This document shows, piece after piece, positions 1-11,155 of a stretch of 64,000 nucleotides of DNA. The DNA is from Naegleria gruberi. Its lineage: Eukaryota. A program made the position numbers and the translations under genes. Position 1 is the first letter of the stretch. Every line of letters begins with the position of its first letter. The DNA is taken from assembly GCA_000004985.1 (NCBI GenBank), contig GG738864.1; one strand, written 5' to 3'. The notes beneath the pieces were generated by a model. It did no database searches. It was not told the origin of the DNA and saw only the letters and a list, made by a program, of their open reading frames with translations.

Positions 1-1109
1 GTAATCAATGGGGAAGTATCTTAATTCCAAAATTAAATTTAACCATCATAGCATAATCATTGAACAATGAATTATTTATGCAACAATAATATATTCAATT
101 GTCATATTCATGTCAGTAATCAGTGAAGGTGACACTTCTTAACCCTTAGTATACACATCTCAATATGTAGACAGTCAATTCCACTGAAACTTGAAATATT
201 ACCTATCTAGATGATATAATGATGATTCTCCATAGTAACATGCATGTGTAATTGAATGTTGACACTTTTCATCTTGTTATATTTATAGAGATGGTATCCA
301 ACAGAGTCAGTTCACAATATTAAATATTGAAACTCATTCTATATGACATGTTTGATGTATGGTACGGGTTTTTATTGATTGTAATCAGTTTGAAATAATT
401 TGATGAAATTGACACTGTCTAGTCTCCATTACATGACAAATAGACCATAGTTTACATTCCATCTCAGTCATTTCAACGAGTTATTGATTAATTCCACCAC
501 CATTATGTTTCTCATACATTGTAGTACAGTTTATATTTCAAGAGTGATTTCTGTGTAGATTATTATAATCGTAATATCATCCAATACCAATAAAACTCAA
601 TAGAAGAGTTAATTCATCTCATTTTCAAATAGATTATTCAATATAGAACACATCTAGATAGTTTCCAGATCACAAAAGTCAAGATACTATATATGGTCTT
701 TGATTAAATTTAAAAATAGACTGCCGTTAATTACTGGAATATTAATTCAAAGCTTGTTGATCAAGCTATTGATTGAAATCAAACCGATTATTGAATATTG
801 ATCATTGAATTGGTGAATAATCACTCTCTTGATAATGTTACTTATTCATATTGCATGCAAATCAACCTGATTCAATCTACAAAGGTTGGTAGTTGCACCA
901 CTTCGTGGCGAAACTACCCATCCACGATGAATCAACATGTGATTCACTTCCATTCAACTCAATTTGACCGTTATAATCAATAAATCAATGAAATGTTTCT
1001 TTATTAGCAATACCTGTTCAATCCAATGAGTAGATTCACGTCCCAAACATTTGACTTCTAAAAGTCCATAATTCAAAAGTTAGTACTGACCTGACCTTTA
1101 AATATCTGT

Positions 1110-1159
1110 NNNNNNNNNNNNNNNNNNNNNNNNNNNNNNNNNNNNNNNNNNNNNNNNNN
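1110..1159. other. Assembly gap (50 N)
   Basis: Run of exactly 50 N directly abutting the telomere-like repeat array. Confidence 0.95.
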
Positions 1160-1590
1160 AAACCCAACCCCAAACCCAAACCCAAACCCAAACCCAAACC
1201 CAAACCCAACCCCAAACCCAAACCCAAACCCAAACCCAAACCCAAACCCAAACCCAAACCCAAACCCAAACCCAACCCAAACCCAAACCCAAACCCAAAC
1301 CCAAACCCAAACCCAAACCCAAACCCAAACCCAAACCCAAACCCAAACCCAAACCCAAACCCAAACCCAAACCCAAACCCAAACCCAAACCCAAACCCAA
1401 ACCCAAACCCAAACCCAAACCCAAACCCAAACCCAAACCCAAACCCAAACCCAAACCCAAACCCAAACCCAAACCCAAACCCAAACCCAAACCCAAACCC
1501 AAACCCAAACCCAAACCCAAACCCAAACCCAAACCCAAACCCAAACCCAAACCCAAACCCAAACCCAAACCCAAACCCAAACCCAAACCC
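1160..1590. repeat. Telomere-type hexamer array (CCCAAA)n, about 72 units. On the opposite strand this is TTTGGG, with a few CCCCAA/TTGGGG variants.
   Basis: Perfect tandem 6-mer repeats are read directly. Variant units with an extra C occur near the left edge and around 1200-1280. The 'GFGFGF' and 'GLGLGL' ORFs in the track are translation artefacts of this array. Confidence 0.9.
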
Positions 1591-2235
1591 ACGACTAAGG
1601 TCAGACCCGACATTTTGACTTTTATTCATCTTAATTAATTTTCTCAATAAATACTCATTATAAATCAATATATTATATATCAATATACTCCAAATTGAAT
1701 ATATAATCATATTATAACATAATATTACATCATTATAATAACTATTATAAGTTAATTTCATATAATAGATTAGACAATTAGAAAATCAATAAAAACATTT
1801 CAAAATCATTTCAAATCAATATATCACCTTATTAATCATGTTAATAACAATATATATCAATTTCAAATACTTTGGTATCATTTCAGGATATTTACTATTC
1901 AACTTGTCAACTGACCTATACTAACATTGAAGATAGAAATCTATACCACTTCAATTCACTTCCAATACATCTATATATGTTAATGAAATACAATAATATC
2001 AATTTGACATTCATCCATATCATACATGGTACATGGCTGATCCACTTGATACCTACAGGGATGTGACAATGACATCTACAATACAGATCATTATGAAATT
2101 GATACAGTACCTTACTAATGGTGAATAAACACTACTGTATCAGTTTCATGACAATTTGAAATCATTCAACATGTCAGGAGTGTAATCATGAGAATAATGA
2201 ATGTCAAGATAATGAAATCATATTAATTTTTAAAT

Positions 2236-2285
2236 NNNNNNNNNNNNNNNNNNNNNNNNNNNNNNNNNNNNNNNNNNNNNNNNNN
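2236..2285. other. Assembly gap (50 N)
   Basis: Run of 50 N. Confidence 0.95.
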
Positions 2286-2823
2286 TAAGGTAGAATGAGT
2301 ACAGTATACTAAGGATATTATAAATTATATTTTCAACAATTCTACAAGGTAGATATCATCATTATACATCATATATATGAGATTGGTGATGATTCTATTA
2401 ACATTCATATAATAGTACAATAAATGTTGAAAATTTAATATTTAGACATGTTGTAATTTATTTAATATACCGATTCAACATGATTAATTCATAATATCAT
2501 CTATTCATACATATATCTACAATATATTAAAATTTACATTCCAACCCAACTTTGAAATTTTAGACCTACTAGGGTAAATACCTTAATATTTTAGGCAATG
2601 CCTTATAACTTTTTGGCCTCCAACTATGTTTTAATTTTTTCACCGAATTTAGTCAACTCGTATATTGATCTATTGATTATGTGTAGATGGTATTTCAGAT
2701 ATTCCTAGTTATTGAGATATGCGAAGAAAACCTAACTTTTTTTTCATCGAGTACCTATTATCTCTAGAACCACTTTGAGTTTTTATTAGCATATAACAGT
2801 TTGTCGATGAAATTGTACCCTGA

Positions 2824-5800
2824 TTAACATATATAAGATCCAAGTTTTAAATATTGGCCATTAATAAAATGGTAATGGGTTTTCGCCATACCCAAACCCA
2901 ACCCCAAAACCCTCTGAGTTGAAATTTCTATTTCACTCTTGATTGCTTGATTAACTACATTGTCAAGAATGGTAAAGGACTTGTCAATAATGTTTTGTCC
3001 CAGTTTTTCTTCCTTATTTACCATCGAGTGAAGGGCATAAACGATAATTGAAGAAGTTGATTCAGATATTGTTTCTTCTGAAATAGTTTCAATAGCACTT
3101 GTCAAGGTATCTAGAAGTTGAGTTTGAATTTGAGATACAATTGTGGAGTCTTGTTGATCTTGAGGTAGCGTTTTTAACATTTGAGTTGCTGAAACAATTG
3201 TGTTAATTGTTTGAGAGATACTTTGAGATGCATCTCCGTCTTGAATGAAAGATGTCTTGATAATATTTGTTTGATTGGTAACTTGCTTAAATATTTCACT
3301 TATTGATGATACAATAATACTTGTAACAGTGACATTTGAATACATTATTCTTGATTCTCCAGTTGCTGAATCTATTAGTTCAATATACAAATTAACTATT
3401 TCATGGTTCATTGCTGGTAATTTGAAGGTGCCTTCTGGGGTCAGAGTAATTCCAACTTTAATTCCACTTTCCGCATCAATGTAGCCTTGCTTAATTTGAA
3501 TGGTGTTGGCTTCATTTTGACAGTTTTGACACGTCAAGGTAAAATCAGTCGTCATTGAGAAACCAGCTGAAGGAATGACTGAACATGGACACTTCTTTGG
3601 TTTGGATGCCTTAAAGTAACTAAAAGTGCTTTCAGATAGAGAAATTTCAATCAACTCATTAGAGCCACTTTGCTGTTTAACAAATGAAACCAAAAATTGA
3701 ACGGAATGATCAATACCTTCTTCCAAACCACTGACATCAATAATAATTCCACTTTGTTCTTTGTTGTTAACAATCTTTGCGTAACTTGAAAAAGGAGAAG
3801 CTGCTGCTGTTGAAATAGCATCTGATGCTGAACTAACACTCTCATATAAAATAAATCCATCTATTTTCCATTGAGTTTTAAGAAGCATTGAAGAATCTGA
3901 AACATCTCGCTCTGAATGAATTACCTCAATCGAAATCTTATCATTTCCCTTTACTATGGATTTAGAAGCAGGAGAAACATTAATAACTTTTACAATTGGT
4001 GGAGAATGAACAATATTCAAAGTTATGGAAGCTGAAACTTGTCTTTCACCTTTTGTAATTGTTAGTGTGAATTTTGGTTTTTCCAAAGAGACAAAGTCTT
4101 CCTTTTTCATAATTATCAAAGTTGACTGATCAAGGGAATACTGAGTCAATTTACCACTTGCACTGCTCCCACAATAACCATTAGATTCTGAATTGACACA
4201 ATTCCATTGCCAAACTTCCTTTTCATCCAAGTTACTTTCAGGGTCGACATAATTAACTTGAATACTGTTACTCAGAGATGATGATTCCTTCAGTGACAGC
4301 GATAACAATAGATCAGGCTGAATTGTATTGACGATAATAGAATCACTATTTGCTTGATTATTAGCAGCCACTATTGAAACCTTGAAAATAAACTTCCATT
4401 GTCCACTTGGGAACTTGTCAATAATCAAATTGTTTTTGGAATCTTTTCTGAATTTAAGGGATGGTCCACTAACTTGTTCCCAGTCAATATTAACTTGTTG
4501 ACCTATCAAGTAAGAAGGTACAAAAGCTGTCTTTTTGATAGTAACTAGCTTGCTAATTGACTTGTATGAAACTTCCTTTTCTCCAATGATAGAAACTGCT
4601 GGAAGCTCAACTTCTTGAATTTCGAAACTTAGGTACTCAACTGAGCTCACTTGGCTAGTTGCCTTACTTTTCACAATCAATGAAACATTGTAAACGCCTT
4701 GTCTTAAAATTCCCCTCTCAACCTTAATAGATGATCCTTTGGAAGAACTTATTGCAGAAAATACAGAGATAGGAATTGAATTTCCTTCAATATTCCAATA
4801 ATATTCCAATTCCTTCTTGTCACCAGAATAACTATTAGCTCCACTAATATAAATGTCCTCATTGACAAAGTAAACCTTCTTTGTGGATTTAATTTTTGCT
4901 ACAGGACTTTGTAGAGTATTTGGAATGATAATGTACATTCGTGTATAATCATTGAGTGCTCGTTTTTTAGTTTTCTTTAAGAAAACATTAGTATTTAATC
5001 TAAAGCTCAAGTTTGCATCTAGCTTGAAATCATAATCAAATTGAATCTTGAAATTGGAATTTGTCTTGTTTGTCCAGAAACATTTAGGTTCTGTTCCAAA
5101 AATTGACACATCGTCTGAATGTATAAGATTTGAACATGAAATTGAATTGGAAGTGTAGGTAGCAGGAGCAAATAGCTTGAAAGTTACACCATCAAAACTT
5201 GGAGTTATCTCTGCGTAAACACTGTCGACTAATGTATAGTTAGCATTAGGGACTGTTAAAGGTATCTCATGGGATGTCTTATTTTCACAATAGTTAGGTT
5301 TCGTACAGTTACCGGTTCCATTGCAAACATTTGGATCCTCAGATAAAATACCGAAACAAATAGGTAATGAACAATTAGCTCCGTAATATCCTTCTCTACA
5401 TCCAATACCACTGGTATTGTTAAAGGAAATTGTTTGATTTGTACTAAGGGTGTCATTAGTATTGTCTGTTGTAATGTTATTAATAAGTGATGAATTAATG
5501 TTTGAAAGATTATTTCCAGTTACATTGGCATTTTCAATTGTTAGATTATTAGAATGAAAAATTGTAGAGTTCAGGGTTTCTGTGGAATTTGATTCAGTGG
5601 AATTATCAACAGTTTCGTTAGAAATTGCTTTAGTATCGTTTGTGGTCGTATTAAGAGTGGAGTTGAGCTTATTTTCAATTGAGGAAGTATTTGAATTCTC
5701 AGTTATATTACCGACTGAAGAATTATCAAGAGTTGAATTAAGAGTATTGTTAATGGTTGTGGCATTTGAATGTTCAACAGTTGAATTAGTCCTGTCAGAT

Positions 5801-7887
5801 GTAGTACCATTAAGAGTGGTGTTGAGATCAATTGAGGAAGTATTTGAATTTTCAATTGAGGTATTTGCAAAAATAGTATTATTACTCTCGGTTATATTAC
5901 CGACTGAAGAAGAAGTATATAGAGTGGAATTAAGAGTTGTGGCATTTGAATTTTCAAGAGTTAAATTAGTACGGTCAGTACCATTAAGAGTGTTGATATT
6001 ATTTTCAATTGAGGTAGTATTTGAATTCTCAATTGAACTATTTGAAAATGACGTGTTTTCAAAATTGGAAGTATTCATAACTACTGTGGTATTACTGACT
6101 GATGTGTTTGTAACATTGGTTGAGTTTGTGTTTAAAGAAGTGGGTTGAGTTGAATTAAAACCATCAATAGTAGTTACATTACTCGAAGTATTTGAAGAAA
6201 CAATGGAATTGCTGTCCGATACAGTAGTTGAGTTGAACGTTGAGTTAGTTGACTGGGATGAGTTATCACTTGTACTTGTTGTATTGCTGAAGACAGTAAA
6301 ATTACCTGGCTCTTCATGTGTTGAGCTTGAATTTGTGTTCAAAGAGGAATTATTGAAAGTGGAATTTAGACTGGTATTCGTATTCGAAACACCCAATGTC
6401 CCGTTCAATAATGAAATGTTAGTGTTGGTTTGGTTGGAAATAGTATTCTCGAAATTAGTGCTATTTACGGTAATAGAAGTATTACTCTGTGTCAAATTAC
6501 TATATGATGCGTTTGTAAAATGCTGGGTGGAATTAGAGGTTAGGGAGGTAGTATTAAATATTGTGGAATGATTCATTGATTGTGTTGAATTAAGGGTATT
6601 ATTAATTGAGGAAACATTAGTTGAATTTCCAAATGTTGAATTAGTTGTACTATTAATTCTGAACGTAGAATTAAATTGGGTGGAATTAAGAATTGAAGTA
6701 TTACTTGGAACAGAGCAATCTAAAACAGTTAATTCATCATTGAATGGAGATTCACCACTCACAATACTATTAAGGTCGAATGAGGCTAGGAACATGTCAT
6801 AAATATCACTAGGGGAGTGGAAGAAAAAGAGTTTAAAATCATTATCTGCATCCTGTTGAGCTTCTAAAGAAGCTTCATTGCAGAATTGGGTGTTTGTGGT
6901 TTGGAACAAATATACACCAATAACATCATCTGATGCTCTTTTTGTAATTGTTGAACCAATGACTGTTATCGAAGAAGTAGTACTGTTACTTGTAGTGTTG
7001 ATTAAAGAATTTGTTAGTGAAATATCAACTTCTTGACACGCTGATCCAAGAAATCCAGGTTTACAAGCACATTTGTTAGGTAGTGTACAATTACCGTTTC
7101 CACTGCAAACAAGTGGATCTGAGGACTGAATTCCAAAACAAATTAGTAAGGGTGATTCATACACTACTATGGTTGCATTTAAAAACACAGATTGACATTG
7201 TGCTCCAATAAAACCAGCTTTGCAAGTACATACATTTGGTTTCGCGCAATAACCATTTCCACTGCAAACAAATGGATCTGAAGATTGAATTCCAAAACAA
7301 ATTGGAAAGCCGCAAATAAAAAAGTTAATAGAGTCTGTACAATCAATCTCAGAAGATAGATACACAGGTCCAGACTGACATTGTTCTCCAATAAAACCAG
7401 CTTTGCAAGAGCATTCATTTGGTTTCGCGCAATAACCATTTCCACTACAAACAAGTGGCTCTGAAGATTGAATTCCAAAACAAGATATTAAGCTGGAAGC
7501 ATTTCCTCCTTCTGGGTCTTTGTCACAAATCCCGTCCTCACATGTTAGTTGTGATAATTTTCTAATATTGAATTGATTTTCTATAAAGTATATATCTCCA
7601 TTCGACTGATCTATTGCTAAGGAAGTTGCTCCAATTAAAGAGTTTTCAGATATAATTCCATCCGGGGTTTCTCCTTGGGTACCATTTCCAAGAATTGTAA
7701 TAATTTGGTTATCACTTCCAATTGATATCTTATTAATCTGATAGTTATTGTTGCATGTGGTAGTCCAGTACAGTTCATCATTAAAGCAATCCCAGGAAAC
7801 ATAACACACAACATTAAATGTGAAGTTTCCGTACTCATTAATTTTCGTAATGTAGAAGGGACTCCGTAATCCAGAGGAATCATACAC
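2824..7887 (-). CDS. Giant secreted or surface glycoprotein, main exon. It has NHL-like beta-propeller segments, 5 or more tenascin-type EGF-like repeats of the form CFGIQSS[DE]P[LF]VCSGNGYCxxPNxCxCKxGFxGxxCQ, and a ~650-aa Ser/Thr/Asn-rich mucin-like region with dozens of N-x-S/T sequons. The exact 3' end is uncertain.
   Basis: This is a 1687-codon open frame. The tool's start codon is GTG, which lies just after the acceptor of a 35-nt GT-AG intron. The repeated Cys spacing is typical of tenascin/ComC-like EGF modules. The C-terminal ~15 codons read through a telomere-like fragment, so the true stop or last exon is probably elsewhere. Confidence 0.65.
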   Translation of the reverse strand: MYDSSGLRSPFYITKINEYGNFTFNVVCYVSWDCFNDELYWTTTCNNNYQINKISIGSDNQIITILGNGTQGETPDGIISENSLIGATSLAIDQSNGDIYFIENQFNIRKLSQLTCEDGICDKDPEGGNASSLISCFGIQSSEPLVCSGNGYCAKPNECSCKAGFIGEQCQSGPVYLSSEIDCTDSINFFICGFPICFGIQSSDPFVCSGNGYCAKPNVCTCKAGFIGAQCQSVFLNATIVVYESPLLICFGIQSSDPLVCSGNGNCTLPNKCACKPGFLGSACQEVDISLTNSLINTTSNSTTSSITVIGSTITKRASDDVIGVYLFQTTNTQFCNEASLEAQQDADNDFKLFFFHSPSDIYDMFLASFDLNSIVSGESPFNDELTVLDCSVPSNTSILNSTQFNSTFRINSTTNSTFGNSTNVSSINNTLNSTQSMNHSTIFNTTSLTSNSTQHFTNASYSNLTQSNTSITVNSTNFENTISNQTNTNISLLNGTLGVSNTNTSLNSTFNNSSLNTNSSSTHEEPGNFTVFSNTTSTSDNSSQSTNSTFNSTTVSDSNSIVSSNTSSNVTTIDGFNSTQPTSLNTNSTNVTNTSVSNTTVVMNTSNFENTSFSNSSIENSNTTSIENNINTLNGTDRTNLTLENSNATTLNSTLYTSSSVGNITESNNTIFANTSIENSNTSSIDLNTTLNGTTSDRTNSTVEHSNATTINNTLNSTLDNSSVGNITENSNTSSIENKLNSTLNTTTNDTKAISNETVDNSTESNSTETLNSTIFHSNNLTIENANVTGNNLSNINSSLINNITTDNTNDTLSTNQTISFNNTSGIGCREGYYGANCSLPICFGILSEDPNVCNGTGNCTKPNYCENKTSHEIPLTVPNANYTLVDSVYAEITPSFDGVTFKLFAPATYTSNSISCSNLIHSDDVSIFGTEPKCFWTNKTNSNFKIQFDYDFKLDANLSFRLNTNVFLKKTKKRALNDYTRMYIIIPNTLQSPVAKIKSTKKVYFVNEDIYISGANSYSGDKKELEYYWNIEGNSIPISVFSAISSSKGSSIKVERGILRQGVYNVSLIVKSKATSQVSSVEYLSFEIQEVELPAVSIIGEKEVSYKSISKLVTIKKTAFVPSYLIGQQVNIDWEQVSGPSLKFRKDSKNNLIIDKFPSGQWKFIFKVSIVAANNQANSDSIIVNTIQPDLLLSLSLKESSSLSNSIQVNYVDPESNLDEKEVWQWNCVNSESNGYCGSSASGKLTQYSLDQSTLIIMKKEDFVSLEKPKFTLTITKGERQVSASITLNIVHSPPIVKVINVSPASKSIVKGNDKISIEVIHSERDVSDSSMLLKTQWKIDGFILYESVSSASDAISTAAASPFSSYAKIVNNKEQSGIIIDVSGLEEGIDHSVQFLVSFVKQQSGSNELIEISLSESTFSYFKASKPKKCPCSVIPSAGFSMTTDFTLTCQNCQNEANTIQIKQGYIDAESGIKVGITLTPEGTFKLPAMNHEIVNLYIELIDSATGESRIMYSNVTVTSIIVSSISEIFKQVTNQTNIIKTSFIQDGDASQSISQTINTIVSATQMLKTLPQDQQDSTIVSQIQTQLLDTLTSAIETISEETISESTSSIIVYALHSMVNKEEKLGQNIIDKSFTILDNVVNQAIKSEIEISTQRVLGLGLGMAKTHYHFINGQYLKLGSYIC
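2891..2912. repeat. Short telomere-like fragment cccaaacccaaccccaaaaccc lying inside the 3' end of the giant minus-strand ORF
   Basis: About 3.5 degenerate units of the same CCCAAA family. On the minus strand it translates to the ...GLGLGMAK... tail of ORF 2824..7887. Confidence 0.6.
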
Positions 7888-7922
7888 CTACAACAGTTAA
7901 ATTGGATGAATGAATAACTTAC

Positions 7923-8486
7923 ATTTAAGAAGAGAGTACTTTTACAATAAATAAAATTGATTCGAAAATCTCTTAACATGTTATCATTTGCATAATTTGT
8001 TCTACTTCCACTTGTGATGTTATGAATCATGGGTTGATAAATATCAAGAGAATAAGCATTATCTGTGGTATGATCAACTGAAAAATGAGTAAACAATCCC
8101 GTAATTGTGGTATGTTGTTTTGAATTTGGGTCCAGTATGGTTATTCCATAAGAATCAATCCAAACCAAACTTCCCTTCCATAGATAAATCCATTGTTCAT
8201 GCAATGCAAAAACATTCCTTGAACCACTACCCAAATCTAACAGTTCAGACCTACCAGCTTGTAGCCCCTTAAATTCATATCCGTTCTGCAAGAAATAACT
8301 GGTTTTATTCTTGCTTTCAAATGCCAGGCTTGATATTGGGTATAGACTAGATGTATAAACTGTTGAAATCCGATATTTTTCTGATGCATCCACAAGACAA
8401 CATCCAACAATCACCAACAGCACCAACAACAAATACACATGCTTTGTGTACAGAGTGTATTTTTTCCTAGAGTATGAAAGACGCAT
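7923..8486 (-). CDS. Exon 1 of the same glycoprotein gene: genuine ATG, signal peptide VYLLLVLLVIVGCCLVDA, and about 170 aa of N-terminal domain
   Basis: ATG CGT CTT... on the minus strand at 8486. A hydrophobic signal follows. The donor is AAT|gtaagt at 7922/7923 and the acceptor is ...tgttgtag|GTG TAT GAT at 7888/7887. The splice keeps the frame (LFLN|VYDSSG). Confidence 0.6.
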
Positions 8487-9361
8487 TTTTTATGACTAGT
8501 ACAGTGTGTGTTGTTGGCTGAGTGTTGTCCAAATATGAAGATATCAAAAACCTTACTACAGTTATTACAGTGCCCATAATACAGCTGAGGAAGAGCGTGC
8601 ATATTGCTGCCATAACCACACAACATGGTGGAAATCAATAATAAGCGATGTGTGGCACATGTTCATTGGTTGAAATAAAAGAAGATGCCTTGCTATTCGC
8701 AAAGTAGAATGCCAAAGTTTGCATTTTCAATCTTTTTTTAAATGGATGTTACTGTAATGTAAGGAAGCTTCAAAATTTATCAAAACTCTAAATGGATATT
8801 GTTCTTAATTTGAAACTGTGCACAATCTGACAAAGCAACTGCTTAGCAACAAATGTTCAACAACTCACTCAACCTTTGAGGGATTATTCCATAATATTGA
8901 TGGTTGATAGGGAGAGCCATTATTACATCAACCCAAATTGCAAAATGAATAACAAAGGTAGATTGATAAATTGCATTCTTTTTCATTACACTTAGAATAT
9001 TAAAACCTGTAATTTATTCTGGTGATAATAGACATTTCTTATACTCTAATATCTTTTATTTTCCTCTTTTTGTTGTTTTCCCATGGAGAATAATTGTAAA
9101 GTTTCTATCATTAACATGGTAAATCTTCAATATGTAAAATTACCACAAAAGATATTTATTAGGTAGAGAGTGGATAGTTTACATGCTTCTTGTCATGTTT
9201 CCGAGTGTAAAAGTAATCAACATCATAAGAAACTTAATAAAAACATCAATTATTCAGATATAGATGATCTCCAAGAGTTACGATACAAGACTTTAAATTA
9301 TACATTTAATAATTAAATAAACATTATACGTTGTTGTTTTATTATTGTTTAATTTGTAATT

Positions 9362-9672
9362 GGGCCATGAATCAACTCTGGTAGATGAAATATCGGAACT
9401 TGGCAAATTGATAAGATGATGAAAATCTGATAATAAATATGATGTTTATTATCTATTTAAATAGTAGTACTAAAAGACATGATTCAAGTTGGTGAAGTAC
9501 ATGTTGAGTTATGGTCCATGTACTTTTTCAAAATTCACATGTACCTATCCCTATCATAACTTGACCAAAATTGATAAGATAAAGTTCTCCTACCTACTAT
9601 TGACTATTCCGAACAATGCTACATTGACAGTTTTCCAACTTATCCAGTAGATCCAGCAGTGATCTTTGGATA
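9362..9672 (+). repeat. Copy 1 of a ~300-bp direct repeat family of unknown type
   Basis: By eye it is about 75-80% identical to 10862..11155. Shared blocks include gggaccatgaata, ctgataataaatat, ttcaagttggtgaagtacatgttgag, tatggtccatgtac and acatgtacctatc. Confidence 0.6.
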
Positions 9673-10861
9673 TAAAATTTTATTAAAATAATTAATTTTA
9701 TTGTTTAAAATCATCAAGAAATTTAATGCCATCATCTTTAGATGAATCTTGGAAAACTTTCAAATCAATAAGACTAGGTTTCATCACCATATCCACATGT
9801 ACAATATCGGAACATCATTCCAATATCATGGAGATACTCCCATAGGTGTGGAGAACCAAGTTTTATATCTTTAAAAAGTATTTCTCTTTCACAATTGTTT
9901 ATATATTTGAAACTTTCTACTAAAACAAAATAGATTAATATTGAAAAATAGAAATTCTCATGATAATAACCTTACCAAAATACTCTTTATATAACACATA
10001 TGTGTTGGAGTGCTTCCTTAACAATCTGCCTATCATTAAAGAAGCTTTTCCCTTGTTTAACATTCGCCTTAGATTAAAGAAAAAAATGGAAGAATAACTA
10101 ACCGTTTCCTTCATGCCATGTTTTAATAGTTGGACTTTATCTAATAAATTAACTCATCTCTACTATCAAGCAGACAGTAGTTATATAGAAAAAGAAATCA
10201 GTAATGCTTTAAAGAACAAGAATTGTAAAGTGTTCCAGGCAATTATATTCGAATAAAATTTATGCGAATAAATTTCATACTAAATAAATTCGCATGGTTT
10301 GGCAATGCGAAATTCATTCTTATGGTCATAACTTCCATAAATAAAGAATATGTTGAGAAAAGGTGTTTATCATTCTCCTTTTCCAATGTTTGAGGAAACA
10401 ACCAATAAGACCAAAACCATCGTCAAAAGTCATATTTTATATGGTGTTAAAGATTTGACTCTTTCTTCCTGATTTCAATTCAGGGAGTGTCCAAAATTTG
10501 TACAACACTTTCAAACAATCATGATATCAATCCCTCCTCATATCATGAAGTGAGGAATCATATTTATATGAAGAATAACCGCAGAATAATTTGCAAGATT
10601 TCAAAAACCTAAATACACAAAAACACAATAAAACATGATTAGAGAATCAACAATGGATTATTTACATGTAACTAGTCTAGTTTACATCAACAAATATGGT
10701 ATATGTGATGTGAAATTTAATTAAAAACAGAAAAATCAAAATCTTCATGATTTCAACGAAACAAGACGAAATAATTGATATGGTACATCTACAATAGTAC
10801 TAATAAAAGTTTATTAATGTTTCAAGAAGATTGACTGTGTACTTTTGGCATGAATCATGAT

Positions 10862-11155
10862 TGGGACCATGAATAACCCGAAGTTGGCAAAAACACAAAA
10901 TGATGAAAAACTGATAATAAATATATTGTTTATTATGTATTTGAATAGTAGTTATGAAAGACATTTTTCAAGTTGGTGAAGTACATGTTGAGATATGGTC
11001 CATGTACATGTTGAAAATATACATGTACCTATCATCATGATAAACAATAGGGAAATGTTCGGAAGTGATTTTACCTGATGGAATCGACCATGCTGAACAA
11101 TACTAGATTGAAAGTTTTCCAAATTATCATGTGAATCTGGCAGTGATGATGATTT
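10862..11155 (+). repeat. Copy 2 of the same ~300-bp direct repeat
   Basis: See copy 1. It has the same orientation and lies about 1.5 kb downstream. No LTR hallmarks (TG..CA ends, PBS, PPT) were found. Confidence 0.6.

Noticed and set aside
1036-1761. The 241-aa and 171-aa ORFs 'GFGFGF…' / 'GLGLGL…' spanning the repeat and the N-run
   Set aside because: They are translations of the (CCCAAA)n array and the gap Ns (the X residues). They are not genes.
5582-6571. Plus-strand ORFs 5582..6148 and 6203..6571 (188 and 122 aa)
   Set aside because: They are antisense to the Asn/Ser/Thr-rich low-complexity region of the giant minus-strand gene. They have a repetitive Val/Glu/Leu composition typical of antisense artefacts.
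7635-7887. Continuation of ORF 7635..8486 past the splice donor (…VSYSFIQFNCCRCMIPLDYGVPS…)
   Set aside because: This stretch is also open in the frame of the 1687-codon ORF. A gtaagt…ag 35-nt intron at 7888..7922 joins exon 1 in frame to the long ORF. The read-through tail is therefore not coding.
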